Source: Octopus vulgaris | Taxonomy: Eukaryota | Assembly: GCA_951406725.2 (NCBI GenBank) | Contig: OX597828.1 | Location: 42,718,001 to 42,782,000 of the forward strand | Length of the DNA stretch: 64,000 bases | Direction: 5' to 3' | Part shown: one piece after another, positions 11,072-26,569 of the stretch | Layout: every line of letters starts with the position of its first letter | Position numbering within the stretch: the stretch's first letter is position 1 | Position numbers and translations under genes: made by a program | The notes under the pieces: model-generated | Told to the model about the DNA's origin: nothing | The model's input: the letters and a program-made list of their open reading frames with translations, nothing else | Database searches by the model: none

Positions 11072-11280
11072 TCTTTTACTCTTTTGTTTCAGGCATTTGA
11101 CTGCGGCCATACTGGAGTATCATCTTTAGTCGAACAAATCGAACCCATCATTTATTTTTTGTTAGCCTAGTATTTATTCTGCCGGTGTCTTTTGCCGAAC
11201 CGCTAGGTTACGGGGACGTAGACACACCAATATCAGTTGTCAAGCGATGGTAGGGGATCAAACACAGACACACAAACATA
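11072..11280 (-). mobile_element. SINE family B 3' half
   Basis: Reverse complement of the family B tail. Confidence 0.8.
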
Positions 11281-12235
11281 TACATGAAAGCGAAATTTCT
11301 TGTCAGAAAGAGTCACATAAATGGCGTAAGAAAATTGAAGGAAGACTTTGAAACGTTGCGAGTTTTTTTGGGTTTTTTTTTCAACAGCAAAGGAACCAAT
11401 TTTTCCGGAGAGATAAGCTCACGAAAGCCCTTTTATTCTGTCCTTCCACATAGCCTGCACTAGCAGTGTATAAATTTAAATTGCTATGGAGCTTTCTGAA
11501 AGATACGTATAGCTTTCGCTAGTGGAAGCAAAACTCTTATTTAAAGGTTAATTCTTTGGGACGAATCATATGTGATTGCTTAAAAAAGGCTAGAATGACA
11601 ATGCTAAAACGTATTTGAAACAATAGATAACAGTCGAAATATTATAATGGACGGGTAAATAAGCATCCATGAAGAGAAGGAAGGTAACACCACCTTTCAA
11701 GTAACTCAGAATAGGTAAAGGTAAGCTTGCCAAAATTTAATGCAGTTTAAATATGTAAATTTAGAGAGTTTGGTATTGGATATTCATCGTGTACAGTTTT
11801 TCTAGTCAGTTTAATCTCCGCGGCAGGTGGTCAGTCGAACTAAATAGACAAAATCCTTTCAATTTTATAAAAAGACTAAAATTGTATGGCAGACCCTACA
11901 TACAAAAAAAGACTATGTCCATTTACGCGTGAACTTTGAGTAAAATGTTTAGTGCATGACCATCGTTGGGACATAAGTAATGTGTGTGTAAAGTTTGGTG
12001 AAAATCAGTTGAGAAGTGTGGAAATGTATGCGTTCAGTGTTCCTAGTCAATTTAATCATCTATTGTCAGTTTCCCATGACTCCAAACGCCCCAAAATTGA
12101 TTTTTAAAAATTCTAAGTAGCATACATTCGGGTCTCGGGTATGTAGCAGCGGTGTATAAAATTTTAAAGAAATCGGATGAAAGATCTAGAAGTTATAGAA
12201 GTACATTAAATTTTTGTACACCCACCCCACAGAGA
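11280..12235 (+). mobile_element. Unclassified repeat, Helentron/DINE-1-like non-autonomous element (copy 1)
   Basis: 11280-12030 is collinear with 14299-14770. Contains AAAGTTTGGTGAAAATCRGTTGAGAA-type motifs typical of such elements; the class assignment is an inference. Confidence 0.5.
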
Positions 12236-12245
12236 AATTAAATTT

Positions 12246-12353
12246 TGGTCGGCCCAAGGCTATAGCAGAAGGCACTTGCCCAAGGTGCCTCGCAGTGGGA
12301 TGAAACTGGAACCATGAGGTTGGGAAGCAAGCTTCTTACCACATGCCCACGCC
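12246..12353 (-). mobile_element. SINE family B head fragment
   Basis: CACTTGCCCAAGGTGCC...CTTACCACA reverse complement of the head. Confidence 0.8.
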
Positions 12354-12354
12354 T

Positions 12355-12542
<188 letters not shown>

Positions 12543-12714
12543 AAAAATATCAGAATGTAGTACATGCATTATACAGACCCACGTACGCAGACGTAAACAC
12601 AGACATACAGGATTAATTAATATCAGATAGTAATTTGCAGCGTGGCCTAATCCCCATGAATGCATATGAGTTGGGGGATTAGTAAATATACTCACATACA
12701 TGCATACAAACATC

Positions 12715-12753
<39 letters not shown>

Positions 12754-12815
12754 TAGATATATATGTGTATGTATATATACATATACATATATACATATGT
12801 ATATACAAATATATG

Positions 12816-12917
<102 letters not shown>

Positions 12918-13397
12918 CGTACATACTCACAGACGTACATACACACACACTATTATATACTTGTTCGAATGTATACATACAAAGATATGTGCATATCTAG
13001 GTTTCTATATATGTGTGTTGTGTGTGTGTGTGCCTACAGTGGTAATGAAACAAGCGGATGTGAAAGAAGGCAACAGATAGCTTATATATATAACACATAT
13101 ATAATTCATATAAGTATATATATATAAAATATAAATATATTTATACATATGTATATATTATATAAAAATACATATATATATATATATAATTGTATATATG
13201 GATATATCTATATCTATATCTATACATACAGACACACACACATATATATATGTATATATATATCCCATTCTCTCTATAATATAGAGAGAATAGAGTCTAT
13301 ATATACACATATATACATACAGATACATACATACATACATACATGCATATATATATATATATAGATATGTATGTATATATATATATATATAGATATG

Positions 13398-13428
<31 letters not shown>

Positions 13429-13644
13429 GCTCATAGACTTATAATGTATATATGGTGGTATGTAACGTATAGAGTCTCCGAGACGAGGCTGTTATCAATG
13501 TTTACGTTGTGCTGTATACGTGTTAATGCAAGCGCTTTACTGTTTTACAATAATCACTCTTTTATCCAGCGATTATATCTGTTTATTCTATACAGCTTCA
13601 CACACACACACATACACACACACACACATTCATCTTTTATTGGT

Positions 13645-14024
13645 TCTTTGTTTCAGTCATTAGACTGCGGCCATGCTGGGGCACTGCCTTGAAGAATCTT
13701 TTGGTAGAATGAATCAACCTCCGTACTGTGTTTTTTTTTGTTAAGCCTGACATTTATTCTATCGGATTCTTTTGCTGAACCGCTAAATTACAGGGACGTA
13801 TACACACGAACATCGGTTGTAAGTGGTGGTGTTGGTAGGCACACACAAAGATAGACACACGCACACGTATATATGTATATATATATATACAACGGGCGTC
13901 TTTCAGTTTCTGGCCACCAAATCCGCTCACAGATCTTTGGTTGCCCGAAGATGTAGTAGAAGACACTTGACTAAGGTGTCATGCAGTGGGGCTGAACCCG
14001 GAACCATGTGGTTGAGAAGCAAGC
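13645..14024 (-). mobile_element. SINE family B, diverged copy
   Basis: Tail, microsatellite and head recognisable in reverse complement. Confidence 0.8.
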
Positions 14025-14298
14025 CATATATATTAGCAAAGGCACCCGTCCATTGGACGGTTTAAGTTGCTTTGGTGTGTTTTTCCCCCAAATAATTGAG
14101 CTACCGAAAAGGTTTATGAGTAGAACGGCAATCTATGTTTCCGATTAACCTAGGAACGGAAAATCAAATTGAAGGCTGGTTATTGTGCAGGTCATTGCAC
14201 TTTAATGATCATAGAACATATAAGTTTGCAAGCGATGCAAAGTAGTGGTAGTGAAGTGTTTTGGAAGTGCATTATGGATGACTACAATATCTAGTTGT

Positions 14299-14790
14299 TA
14301 TACATGAAAGCGAAATTTCTTGTCAGAAACAGCCACATAAATGGTGTAAGGTTATTGAAAGAAGACGTTGAAACTTCCCCTCTGCGAGTTTATTTTTTTC
14401 AACAGCAAAGGGAGAGATAAGCTGACGAAAGCTCTTTTATTTTAACTCAGAATAAGTAAAGGTAAGCTTGCCAAAATTTAATGCAGTTTAAATATGTAGT
14501 TGTAGATAGATCGGTATTGGATGTTCATCATTTGAATCGAAGTCGTAGGTGGACAGCGGAAATAAATAGACACAATCTTTTCACTTCTAAGAAAAGATAA
14601 AAAAATTATGGAAGACCCTACATAGGAAAAATAAACAAACTATGTCCATTTACGTCCAATTACGCGGAGCTCTAGGCAAAATGTTATAGGCATTACCATC
14701 ATTAGAACATAAGTAATGTGTGTGTAAAGTTTGGTGAAAATCGGTTGAGAATTGTAGAAATGTATGCGTTAGTCATTATACACATACTGC
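14299..14790 (+). mobile_element. Unclassified repeat, Helentron/DINE-1-like (copy 2, internally deleted)
   Basis: Begins ATACATGAAAGCGAAATTTCTTGTCAGAAA as at 11280. Confidence 0.5.
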
Positions 14791-14803
14791 GATTCATATA
14801 TAC

Positions 14804-16077
<1,274 letters not shown>

Positions 16078-16623
16078 CATATATAAATATACATATATAT
16101 AATGTATATACATACATACTCAATATACATGGTACCTGTATTCACATGATTTGTGTTTTTTTTATATTTTAAGATTATTTTAAGATTATATGCGTGTCTG
16201 TGTGTATGTGTGTGTGTGCGCGCTCATTGAAATCATGAGTTATATTTATGAAAACGAAATATGTCGAAACAAACGGAAGTCGAGGTGCAAATCTGTTTGA
16301 GCTAAGGGTAAACCAGACGGGTGTATGTGGATTTATGTTTATGTATCTGCAAGATAACGATGGCACTATGTCGGCTGTCTACCGCTTCTGGCGGTTGGAT
16401 GGACGGATACAGAGCTAGGTGGTTGGGCGGTTGGGCGGCTGGGCGGCTGGGCAGCTGGGTGGATGGGTAGCTGAGTAGCTGGGTAGTTGCATTGTTTGGT
16501 AGTAGGTGGTGGCTTGGTGGTTGTCAGAGAAAGGTAGACGAATATGATGTAAGGTTAACCGGATGGAGTGTGGGGGTGAACGATAGGTGTTGATTGTTTG
16601 ATGGGTTATAAACAATTTTAGAG

Positions 16624-17160
16624 ATGGTGATGATGATGATGGTGTTCATGGAGGAGTTGATGATGATGATGACGATTGCGAAAAAGATGAAGATGATGAT
16701 GATGACAACGATGATGACGATGATGACGATGATGACGACGACGATGACGATGATGACGATGATGACGATGACGATGATGACGACGACGATTGCGATAAAG
16801 ATGAAGATGATGATGATGATGACGACGATTGCGATAAAGATGAAGATGATGGCGATGATCACGACGATGACGATGAAGATGATGACGATAATGACGACAA
16901 TGATGACGACGATGACGACGGCGACGACGACGACATCGGCGACGACGACGAGGATGATGAAGATGATAATTGCAATAATAATGAAGATGACGACAACGAT
17001 GATGATGATGATGATGATGATGATGAAGATAATGATAATGATGACGACGACGATGATGGTAGTGGTAGTGGTGGTATTAACGACGACGACGACGATGACG
17101 ATGATAACGGCAATAGTGATGATGACAGCGGTGATGATGACGGTAGCGGTGGTGGTTAAC
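16624..17160. repeat. Degenerate (GAT/GAC)n trinucleotide tract
   Basis: Direct reading. Confidence 0.95.
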
Positions 17161-17832
17161 GCTAGCAAAGATAACGATGATTATAACGCTCATTATAATG
17201 ATGATGTTATTAATGAATCTGTTAATGTGATAATGAAGTGATAAACGTACATAATCCAGCGATTAGTGTGAGTCGCTGTATATACACTCACCTTGTGGCG
17301 CGCACGCACACACGTACGCACCTTGTAGTATATAAAAGTGAGTCTACGGGATTCCGACATGTATCAGGTTATACAACACAGACAGGTATTTGACGCCGTC
17401 CTACTTAAAACGTTCTGGTTGTGTGCAGAAAGTGCCAGGGCAGTAGTGGGAGATGGAAGGAGGTAGGGGGTTGGGTGGGGGTAGAGGGTGCCGCGATTAA
17501 ATAATGACGGAGATGCTTAGCAGTGGTGGTGGTGGTGGTGGAGGTAGTGGTTGTGGTTAACGATGATGGTGACAATGATGATGATGATGATGAGGATGGC
17601 GATGGCGATAGTGTTGGTGGTGTTGTTGGTGGTGGTAGTGGTACTGATGATTTTTGTGGCTGATGGTTGAAGATGTCGAGGGCTGTGATGATGATGATGA
17701 TGATAATGCTAAAAAAAACGTCGATGATGATCCTCCTCCTCCTCCTCCTCCTCATCATCATCATCGTCGCCGTCATCATCATCGCCGTCATCATCATCGC
17801 CGTCATCATCGTCGCCGTCATCATCGTCGCCG

Positions 17833-17885
<53 letters not shown>

Positions 17886-18375
17886 GCCGTCATCATCGCC
17901 GTCATCATCATCATCATCATCATCATCCTGAGCATCACAAATGACACCACCACTACCTCAAACATCACGGACATCGTTGGAATCTTAATAGTTATAATTA
18001 TGGGTATAGCAGTGGCTCATGTACATGATGTTGTTGTTTAGCCCTAGGCCGTCTCTGAAACAGGAGCTGACTTGCTGATATATACATTTGATCATCTCGT
18101 TATATTTTTGCACATTCATCAATCCATTTATCCATCCATCCATCCATCCATCCATCCATCCATCAATCTATCCAACCGCCCAGTCATCTATCCACCCATC
18201 CAAACATACCCACAAATATACACACGTAGACTGTCTGAGACTTAAAATCTGCGAAAACCTAAGATCTAAAGGGTGACGAACAAAAGATGCTTTCCTTCAC
18301 AGCCTTGCCACCCAGCAGGCGGCCGGTTAGAATTAACTCTAGATTCAAAAGAGAAAGAACACATACATGCATACA

Positions 18376-18600
18376 TCTTGGGATATGTAACACACGGCCT
18401 AAACACCAATCTTGAAAAATTCAGCTTCTCAAAACCAGAAAAGAGAAAGCTAATTCGAAGACTACAGGTCCAATCCATCACTGGAACTGTAAATATATGC
18501 AAAACATTCCAGAAGTTTATCATTTGTATATATACAAGCACGTCTAGATATGTAACTATATGCATGAGAATACATACATAAAACTTACAAATCTGCATAT
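18376..18600 (+). mobile_element. 3' end of an R4/Dong-like REL retrotransposon in a (CATA)n context
   Basis: LGYVTHGLNTNLEKFSFSKPEKRKLIRRLQVQSITGTVNICKTF; homologous to the C-terminus at 33640-33752, which follows an RPD motif. Confidence 0.6.
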
Positions 18601-18667
18601 ACATACATACATACAAACATACATACATACATACATACATACATACATACATGCATACATGTATACA

Positions 18668-18833
18668 GGCGCAGGAGTGGCTGTGTGGCAAGTAGCTTGC
18701 TTACCAACCACATGGTTCAAGTTGAGTCTCACTGCGTGGCACCTTGCGCAAATGTCTTCTACTCTAGCTTCAGGCCGACTGACCAAATCTGTGTGAATAG
18801 ATTTGAATAGACGGAAACTGAAAGACGCCCGTC

Positions 18834-18838
<5 letters not shown>
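18668..18838 (+). mobile_element. SINE family B head
   Basis: Matches the family B head. Confidence 0.85.
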
Positions 18839-18889
<51 letters not shown>

Positions 18890-19016
18890 CGGGAAGCTTT
18901 ATGAAAATAGACAAAAGACGAAGGCAGGTTTCGGAAATAAACAAAAGACGAAGGCAGGTGGAATACAAACAAACAATTGTATTAGTATGGCGCTCAGGAA
19001 ATATAAATAAAACAAG

Positions 19017-19053
19017 TCGTTAACGTTTCGAGCCTACGCTCTTCAACAGAAAG
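19017..19053 (-). ncRNA. Minimal type I hammerhead-like motif (variant core CUGUUGA)
   Basis: CUUU-CUGUUGA-A-GAGC(GUAG)GCUC-GAAA-CGUU-AACG, with palindromic AACGUU stem III. Confidence 0.55.
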
Positions 19054-19689
19054 ATACACAGAGAAGAAACACAGAAAGGAGAGAAAAAAATGCGTGCAGA
19101 GGCTAGCGAATCAACATGGCGATCTGATTTCGGCCAGAAGTCAAAGATCAAACGTGAGACGCAAGAGCGAAATTAGGGGAGATAATAAGGTTAAATGACC
19201 TCGCCCCAACATAAGAGTGTGTGTGTGTGTGTGTATGAGAGAGTATTAGTGCGTATGAGAGGTCTGGACGTGTGTATGTATATATGATGTGATGTGTAAA
19301 GTCGTATGGTGTAGTTTAGAGAGAGGAGATGAGGGAAGAGGGGGGAGGTAAGGGGGAGAGATGAGGGGGAGAGAGGGGAGGGATGAGGGTGAGGGGAAGA
19401 AAGAAAGGGGAGAAGAGGGGAGAAGGAAAGGGGAGAAGGAAAGGGGAGAAGATGAGGGGGAGGGGGAGAAGGAAGAAGAGGAGAAGAGGAGGAGAAGAGG
19501 AGGGGAGAGGAGGAGGGAGGATATAGGGAGAGGGGGAGAGAGAGAGAAGGGGAGTGAGGGAGCAAAGAGAAAGAGGGAAGAAGGAGGGAGGGAGAAAGAG
19601 GGAAGAAGGGAAGAGGAGTAGGGGTGAAAGGATGAAGGACTGAAGAGAAGTAGGGGTCGGGGGGAGGTTAGATGAGGAGAGGGAGGGGG

Positions 19690-20038
19690 TTAGATGAGGA
19701 GGGGTGGAGAGTTGAGACCAAATGGCGTATAAGAGCGAAGAGAGAAGATTAATTCCTGTTCACGGCGCAAACGGGAATCCGGATGGCCTCTGTGTAAGGA
19801 CAAACCGAACACAGACAGGTGTTGCAAGGAGTGACCGGTGGAGCGGAAATGGCGTGAGACTGGTGTGTCGTTGGCAAGGCGGATGTCACGGAGGTGTTCC
19901 GCGAACCGGTCAGCCAAGCGGCGTCCCGTTTGTCCGATGTACAGGGAATGGCAGAGAGAGCAAGAGACATAATAGATAATATTGCTGGAGGTGCAGGTGA
20001 AGGAGTTGATGATGCGATAGGGTCGATGATGGGTGCCA
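19690..20038 (-). pseudogene. PLE GIY-YIG endonuclease domain (Neptune-like)
   Basis: FTCTSSNIIYYVSCSLCHSLYIGQTGRRLADRFAEHLRDI...PVSRHF...RLRREQELIFSL...PFGLN: IIY-x-YIG, CxxC, R..EH and PxGLN motifs. Confidence 0.92.
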
Positions 20039-20610
20039 ATATATATATATATATGTAACTATCGAACGATGAATATGAGAGCTCAACACCACAGCTATAA
20101 TTTCTTTATTTGTGACTTAAGGCTATCATTGGTTTAATGTTAAGAAAAATAGGAAAATATCTTAATATCTTAATAATTTTTCAAGCCGATCACATGGAGG
20201 AATGGTGTTCGTCTCTATTTTGGATAAAGACAAAGTCTCGTGGAATTGACGGAGATTCTCGTAAAGAATACAATAAACCAAAGGACGATACTCTTGGATG
20301 ACATCTTTTGAGTGGTTATCTCTCTTGGGTTGCATGTGCTATATATATATTCAAATTTCACGACCAGGAAACGGGCTATCCTGGTAGGATTAGCGACGCA
20401 GGTGGTGGCTTCTCTTTGAAGTAATTAAGTGTGAAATATTGCTTGTGCATGTAGCAAGAGAAGATTTCATCCCTAATACTTAGGAAGTTATCTGTTGACT
20501 GTTTGATATTTAGTTTTTCAGTGAAACAGAGTTCACTTTTGGTACTCCGTCCTCTGTACTTTTTGCCTCTCTCTCTCGTTCTCTTTCTCTCTCTATATAT
20601 ATACATATAT

Positions 20611-20821
20611 TTACTCTTTACTCTTTTACTTGTTTCAGTCATTTGACTGCGGCCATGCTGGAGCACCGCCTTTAGTCGAGCAAATCGACCCCGGGACTTA
20701 TTCTTTGTAAGCCCAGTACTTATTCTATCGGTCTCTTTTTCCGAACCGCTAAGTGACCGGGACGTAAACACACCAGCATCGGTTGTCAAGCAATGCTAGG
20801 GGGACAAACACAGACACACAA

Positions 20822-20864
<43 letters not shown>

Positions 20865-21187
20865 CATATATACGACAGGCTTCTTTCAGTTTCCGTCTAC
20901 CAAATCCACTCACAAGGCTTAAGGTGCCACGCAGTGGGACTGAACCCGGAACCATGTGGTTGGTAAGCAAGCTATTTACCACACAGCCACTCCTGCATAC
21001 ATATATACTTATACATACATATACGCACATACAAAACGGGGGCTTCTTTCAGTTTCTGCCTATCAAATCCACCCACAAGGTTATTTAGTCGGCCCGAGGC
21101 TATAACGGGAAACAGCTGCAATAAGATGCCACGCAGAGTGGGACTTGATCCGGCACCGTTTGGTTGGGAAGCAAACCTCTTACCACA
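20611..21187 (-). mobile_element. SINE family B (20611-20996) plus an older head (21035-21187)
   Basis: Reverse complement of the family B consensus. Confidence 0.88.
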
Positions 21188-21689
21188 TGTTGCAATAACA
21201 GAAACAGGGGGCTGCCACTGACTGACTACTAAGTTAATTCTTGGTGTTGTTAATCCATATAACCGAACGAGAATTATTTAATTTACTGTCAATTTGATAT
21301 CAATTAAATTGCCAACTGTCAAAACGCCTGTTTCATCGAATGTCAACATTATCTTTCTATCACGTCACCTCTCTTTTCTTTCATATTAGTCTTTACGTCT
21401 TTATTCTTTTTTTCTTTCTTTCTTTCTGTCCTGAGGTCTTTCTTACCCCCACCCCCTTCATCCCTTTGTATTTGTTTTTAACCTTATTTATTAAGTAATT
21501 CATTTTAATTAATTAATTTTCTAGCATGTGAAAAGAAAGCAAAAATCTAAATATACGCATTATTTCATTACCTCGTTGTTACAATCTATTATCCGTCAAG
21601 TAATTTACCCTTAATCAGCCCGTCTTTTTAAAAGACTTAATTATTTTTATTCAGCTCTTCGGGATAAGTTCTCCCCCATTCTATTGCAA

Positions 21690-21727
<38 letters not shown>

Positions 21728-21928
21728 TCAACAGCAAACAACGAAAAACAAAAGCAAAACAAAGAAAAACAACAGCGCTGGAATAAAGCAAATTCGAAAA
21801 TATAAATGAAAAACAAAACTGCGTGAAATTTGTAAAATTCTTTCGAAGTTTTTAAATTCTGGAATTAAAACATTAGACTTTAAAGTTATCCGTTGCTCAT
21901 ACCCGCTCTTGTTTACTGTACTTATCGA

Positions 21929-22011
<83 letters not shown>

Positions 22012-22075
22012 TAATAATAATAATAATGATAATAGTAATAGTAATAATAATAATAATAATGATAACAATAATAAC

Positions 22076-22141
<66 letters not shown>

Positions 22142-22143
22142 GA

Positions 22144-22179
<36 letters not shown>
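21929..22179. repeat. (TAA)n followed by (TTA)n microsatellite
   Basis: Direct reading; the two tracts are mutually inverted. Confidence 0.97.
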
Positions 22180-22180
<1 letters not shown>

Positions 22181-22504
22181 ACTCACTGGTTGCTTTAAAA
22201 ACTGCAAACTACATATATTGTAATATGATAAGTCATACACATATACACACTAAAACAAGATGGAGCATACACTCACAATCGCGCGCACGCAGATACTTAT
22301 TTATGTGTATGTATGTATATATATATATATATATATACAAACATACCTACATGTGTACACATATACTCGTATACACATATGTGTGCGTTTTTGCCTTAGA
22401 AACACAAACATTGATGAACACTCAGTTTTCACACACGTTCACGCAGGCTTATGTTTATATAAACACGTAACATATACATGTATATACACACAGGCGTATA
22501 GTCA

Positions 22505-22696
22505 TACATATCATTATACATACATACATTCACAAATATACACACTTGCAAATGCATACATACATACATACCCAAAGACACTGACATGCACATCCATACA
22601 CAAAAATATACACACATACACTTACCTACTTACCTACATACATACATATATACATACACATATATACATACATGTTCATGCATACGTATAAATACA

Positions 22697-22728
<32 letters not shown>

Positions 22729-22797
22729 CGTATACATACATAAACACATACATACATATACACACATATACATACGTATGTATATATAATACATACA

Positions 22798-22828
<31 letters not shown>

Positions 22829-23114
22829 CATTATACATACATACATTCACAAATATACACACTTGCAAATGCATATATACACACATACGCAAAGACACTG
22901 ACATGCACATCCATACACAAAAATATACACACATACACTTACCTACTTACCTACATACATACATATATACATACACATATATACATACATGTTCATGCAT
23001 ACGTATAAATACATGCCTACATACATACATATATACATACATATACGTATACATACATAAACACATACATACATATACACACATATACATACGTATGTAT
23101 ATATAATACATACA

Positions 23115-23145
<31 letters not shown>

Positions 23146-23450
23146 CATTATACATACATACATTCACAAATATACACACTTGCAAATGCATACATACACA
23201 CATACGCAAAGACACTGACATGCACATCCATACACAAAAATATCACACATACACTTACCTACTTACCTACATACATACATATATACATACACATATATAC
23301 ATACATGTTCATGCATACGTATAAATACATGCCTACATACACACATATATACATACATATACGTATACATACATAAACACATACATACATATACACACAT
23401 ATACATACGTATGTATATATAATACATACATACATACACACATACATACA

Positions 23451-23481
<31 letters not shown>

Positions 23482-23771
23482 CATTATACATACATACATT
23501 CACAAATATACACACTTGCAAATGCATACATACATACATACCCAAAGACACTGACATGCACATCCATACACAAAAATATACACACATACACTTACCTACT
23601 TACCTACATACATACATATATACATACACATATATACATACATGTTCATGCATACGTATAAATACATGCCTACATACACACATATATACATACATATACG
23701 TATACATACATAAACACATACATACATATACACACATATACATACGTATGTATATATAATACATACATACA

Positions 23772-23802
<31 letters not shown>

Positions 23803-24096
23803 CATTATACATACATACATTCACAAATATACACACTTGCAAATGCATACATACATACATACCCAAAGACACTGACATGCACATCCATACACAAAAATAT
23901 ACACACATACACTTACCTACTTACCTACATACATACATATATACATACACATATATACATACATGTTCATGCATACGTATAAATACATGCCTACATACAC
24001 ACATATATACATACATATACGTATACATACATAAACACATACATACATATACACACATATACATACGTATGTATATATAATACATACATACATACA

Positions 24097-24127
<31 letters not shown>

Positions 24128-24409
24128 CATTATACATACATACATTCACAAATATACACACTTGCAAATGCATACATACATACATACCCAAAGACACTGA
24201 CATGCACATCCATACACAAAAATATACACACATACACTTACCTACTTACCTACATACATACATATATACATACACATATATACATACATGTTCATGCATA
24301 CGTATAAATACATGCCTACATACACACATATATACATACATATACGTATACATACATAAACACATACATACATATACACACATATACATACGTATGTATA
24401 TATAATACA

Positions 24410-24440
<31 letters not shown>

Positions 24441-24750
24441 CATTATACATACATACATTCACAAATATACACACTTGCAAATGCATACATACATACATAC
24501 CCAAAGACACTGACATGCACATCCATACACAAAAATATACACACATACACTTACCTACTTACCTACATACATACATATATACATACACATATATACATAC
24601 ATGTTCATGCATACGTATAAATACATGCCTACATACACACATATATACATACATATACGTATACATACATAAACACATACATACATATACACACATATAC
24701 ATACGTATGTATATATAATACATACATACATACATACACACATACATACA

Positions 24751-24781
<31 letters not shown>

Positions 24782-24890
24782 CATTATACATACATACATT
24801 CACAAATATACACACTTGCAAATGCATACATACATACATACCCAAAGACACTGACATGCACATCCATACATAAAAATATACACACATACA
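22505..24890. repeat. Tandem array of 313-341 bp units derived from degenerate (TACA)n
   Basis: Anchor TCATTATACATACATACATTCACAAATATACACACTTGCAAATGCAT at 22511, 22828, 23145, 23481, 23802, 24127, 24440 and 24781. Confidence 0.97.
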
Positions 24891-25679
24891 CCGTTTTGTC
24901 ATACATACATATTCTACACTTATACATTTCTGCATACGTTGTCATATTCTGTACACACATTATACATAGTATACATACATTCTTATGCTTGCTCTTGGGC
25001 AGCACAGATACATACGTTTCCGGTATATAAATCACTTTTAGTCATCCATACACCATCTTTTTTCTCTACTGTACATCTTCAACATCCCTATGAAATTGAC
25101 TCTGCATTATTTTCTTTATCCACCTATTTTCAGTTTCATTCGTTTTCAATTTCTTGTATAATGCTTTATCTTTGCAATCCTTCATCCTATACAAGCCTGA
25201 CCTTCTTACTTCTAATGTGTGGAGACTACCAGTCTAGACTGCGAGCAAATAAGTCACTAATTAAAATGTTTGGTATGATTTTAGAATTAAGAATCATTAA
25301 AATAGTAATGAATTAAAAGAATATAATGTAATCGACTAATGCAAAAAAATAAACACAATACTATACGATACTCTATGTCTTTCTGTCTAAACTGTTTAGT
25401 TGGTCTACTGTCCATGCAATTACCCCTGCTCCATATCTAAGGAGTGAAACCGCTCAGGTGTTGATAGTTTCGATCTTATTCCGTTCATTTAATATACAAT
25501 TTAAAAGTCAGCGACCAGCTTGAAAATATTTTCCTGATTTCCAAGATTATTATTTTATGTCATTTCTTTCTCCATCAATTTATCCATTTCCAAAATCTAT
25601 CTGCTTCATAACCTCCCACGACGGTATCGTTAGCCCGTCCATACATTTGACTTTGCTTCTCTTCAAGACTAACACACCA

Positions 25680-26185
25680 CACTACGAAGACCAGTATACC
25701 CATCAGGACCTCCGGTCAGATAAGGGTACACTAGGCACTTGCATCACAACCATATGTGCGCGACATGGTGATCTCATATCAAGATAAACAGCACATGACC
25801 TTGCAGGTGGGGCCCAGTTAAAGTTTTCTTCTGGTCGAGTAACCCTTCATGCTCAAAAGGTGCCTGAATAAAGGTTGTTTAAGGATGATGAACGAAACAC
25901 CCATGTTTCCAGAGGTGAATTATTCAAACCCCAAAGAATCCCTCTCAACACATGTCTATGATGCTCCCCCACTACTTCTGCTCGTGATCAGAGATGTACA
26001 TATCGTCAGCCACTAAGAGACATGGTCAACTGGTTGAGGTCAAACAACCGACAAGCAAATCTGTAGTCTTGCGCAAAATATTTGCTGTAGCCCATCTTCT
26101 ATACCAGGACAAAATATTGTACATGTTAACACTTCCAATCAGTTAAGATCAAGCAAATCTGTGGTATTGAGCACAATATTTTAAG
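25680..26185 (-). mobile_element. Putative 5' region of a non-LTR retrotransposon abutting (TAA)n
   Basis: Higher-complexity island with an internal AAGCAAATCTGT duplication; shares a motif with 42314-42345. Class is inferred. Confidence 0.35.
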
Positions 26186-26236
<51 letters not shown>

Positions 26237-26569
26237 GGCAGTAATAATTTTAAAAAAATACAAAAATATGACTTTATAAATCATAATTGCTTATTTTTAT
26301 AGATTTCACATTTTTCTTACTCACACGCAAACACAGACACACACACACACAGGGACAAATTCTTGCATGAACCTATATATTTATAGTATTTATTACAGAA
26401 AGAAAAAAATAACTGTCACATGATTCTAAAATTCTTTAGTTAAGTCGGTCAACTTTATCGAGTCAAACAATTTACGCTCGTTACGAAAAAAGATCACTTT
26501 AAAATAACTATATCTGCCTGCCTGCCTGCCTGTCTGTCTGTTTGTCTGGCTGTCTGACTCAGTCTATCT

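Larger units (their letters stand above)
18887..20039 (-). mobile_element. Penelope-like element, 5'-truncated (GIY-YIG domain, pyrimidine-rich 3' UTR, terminal repeat with minimal hammerhead)
   Basis: Endonuclease ORF end at 19690-20038, CT-rich UTR, hammerhead-like motif at 19017-19053; flanked by (TA)n. Confidence 0.88.
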
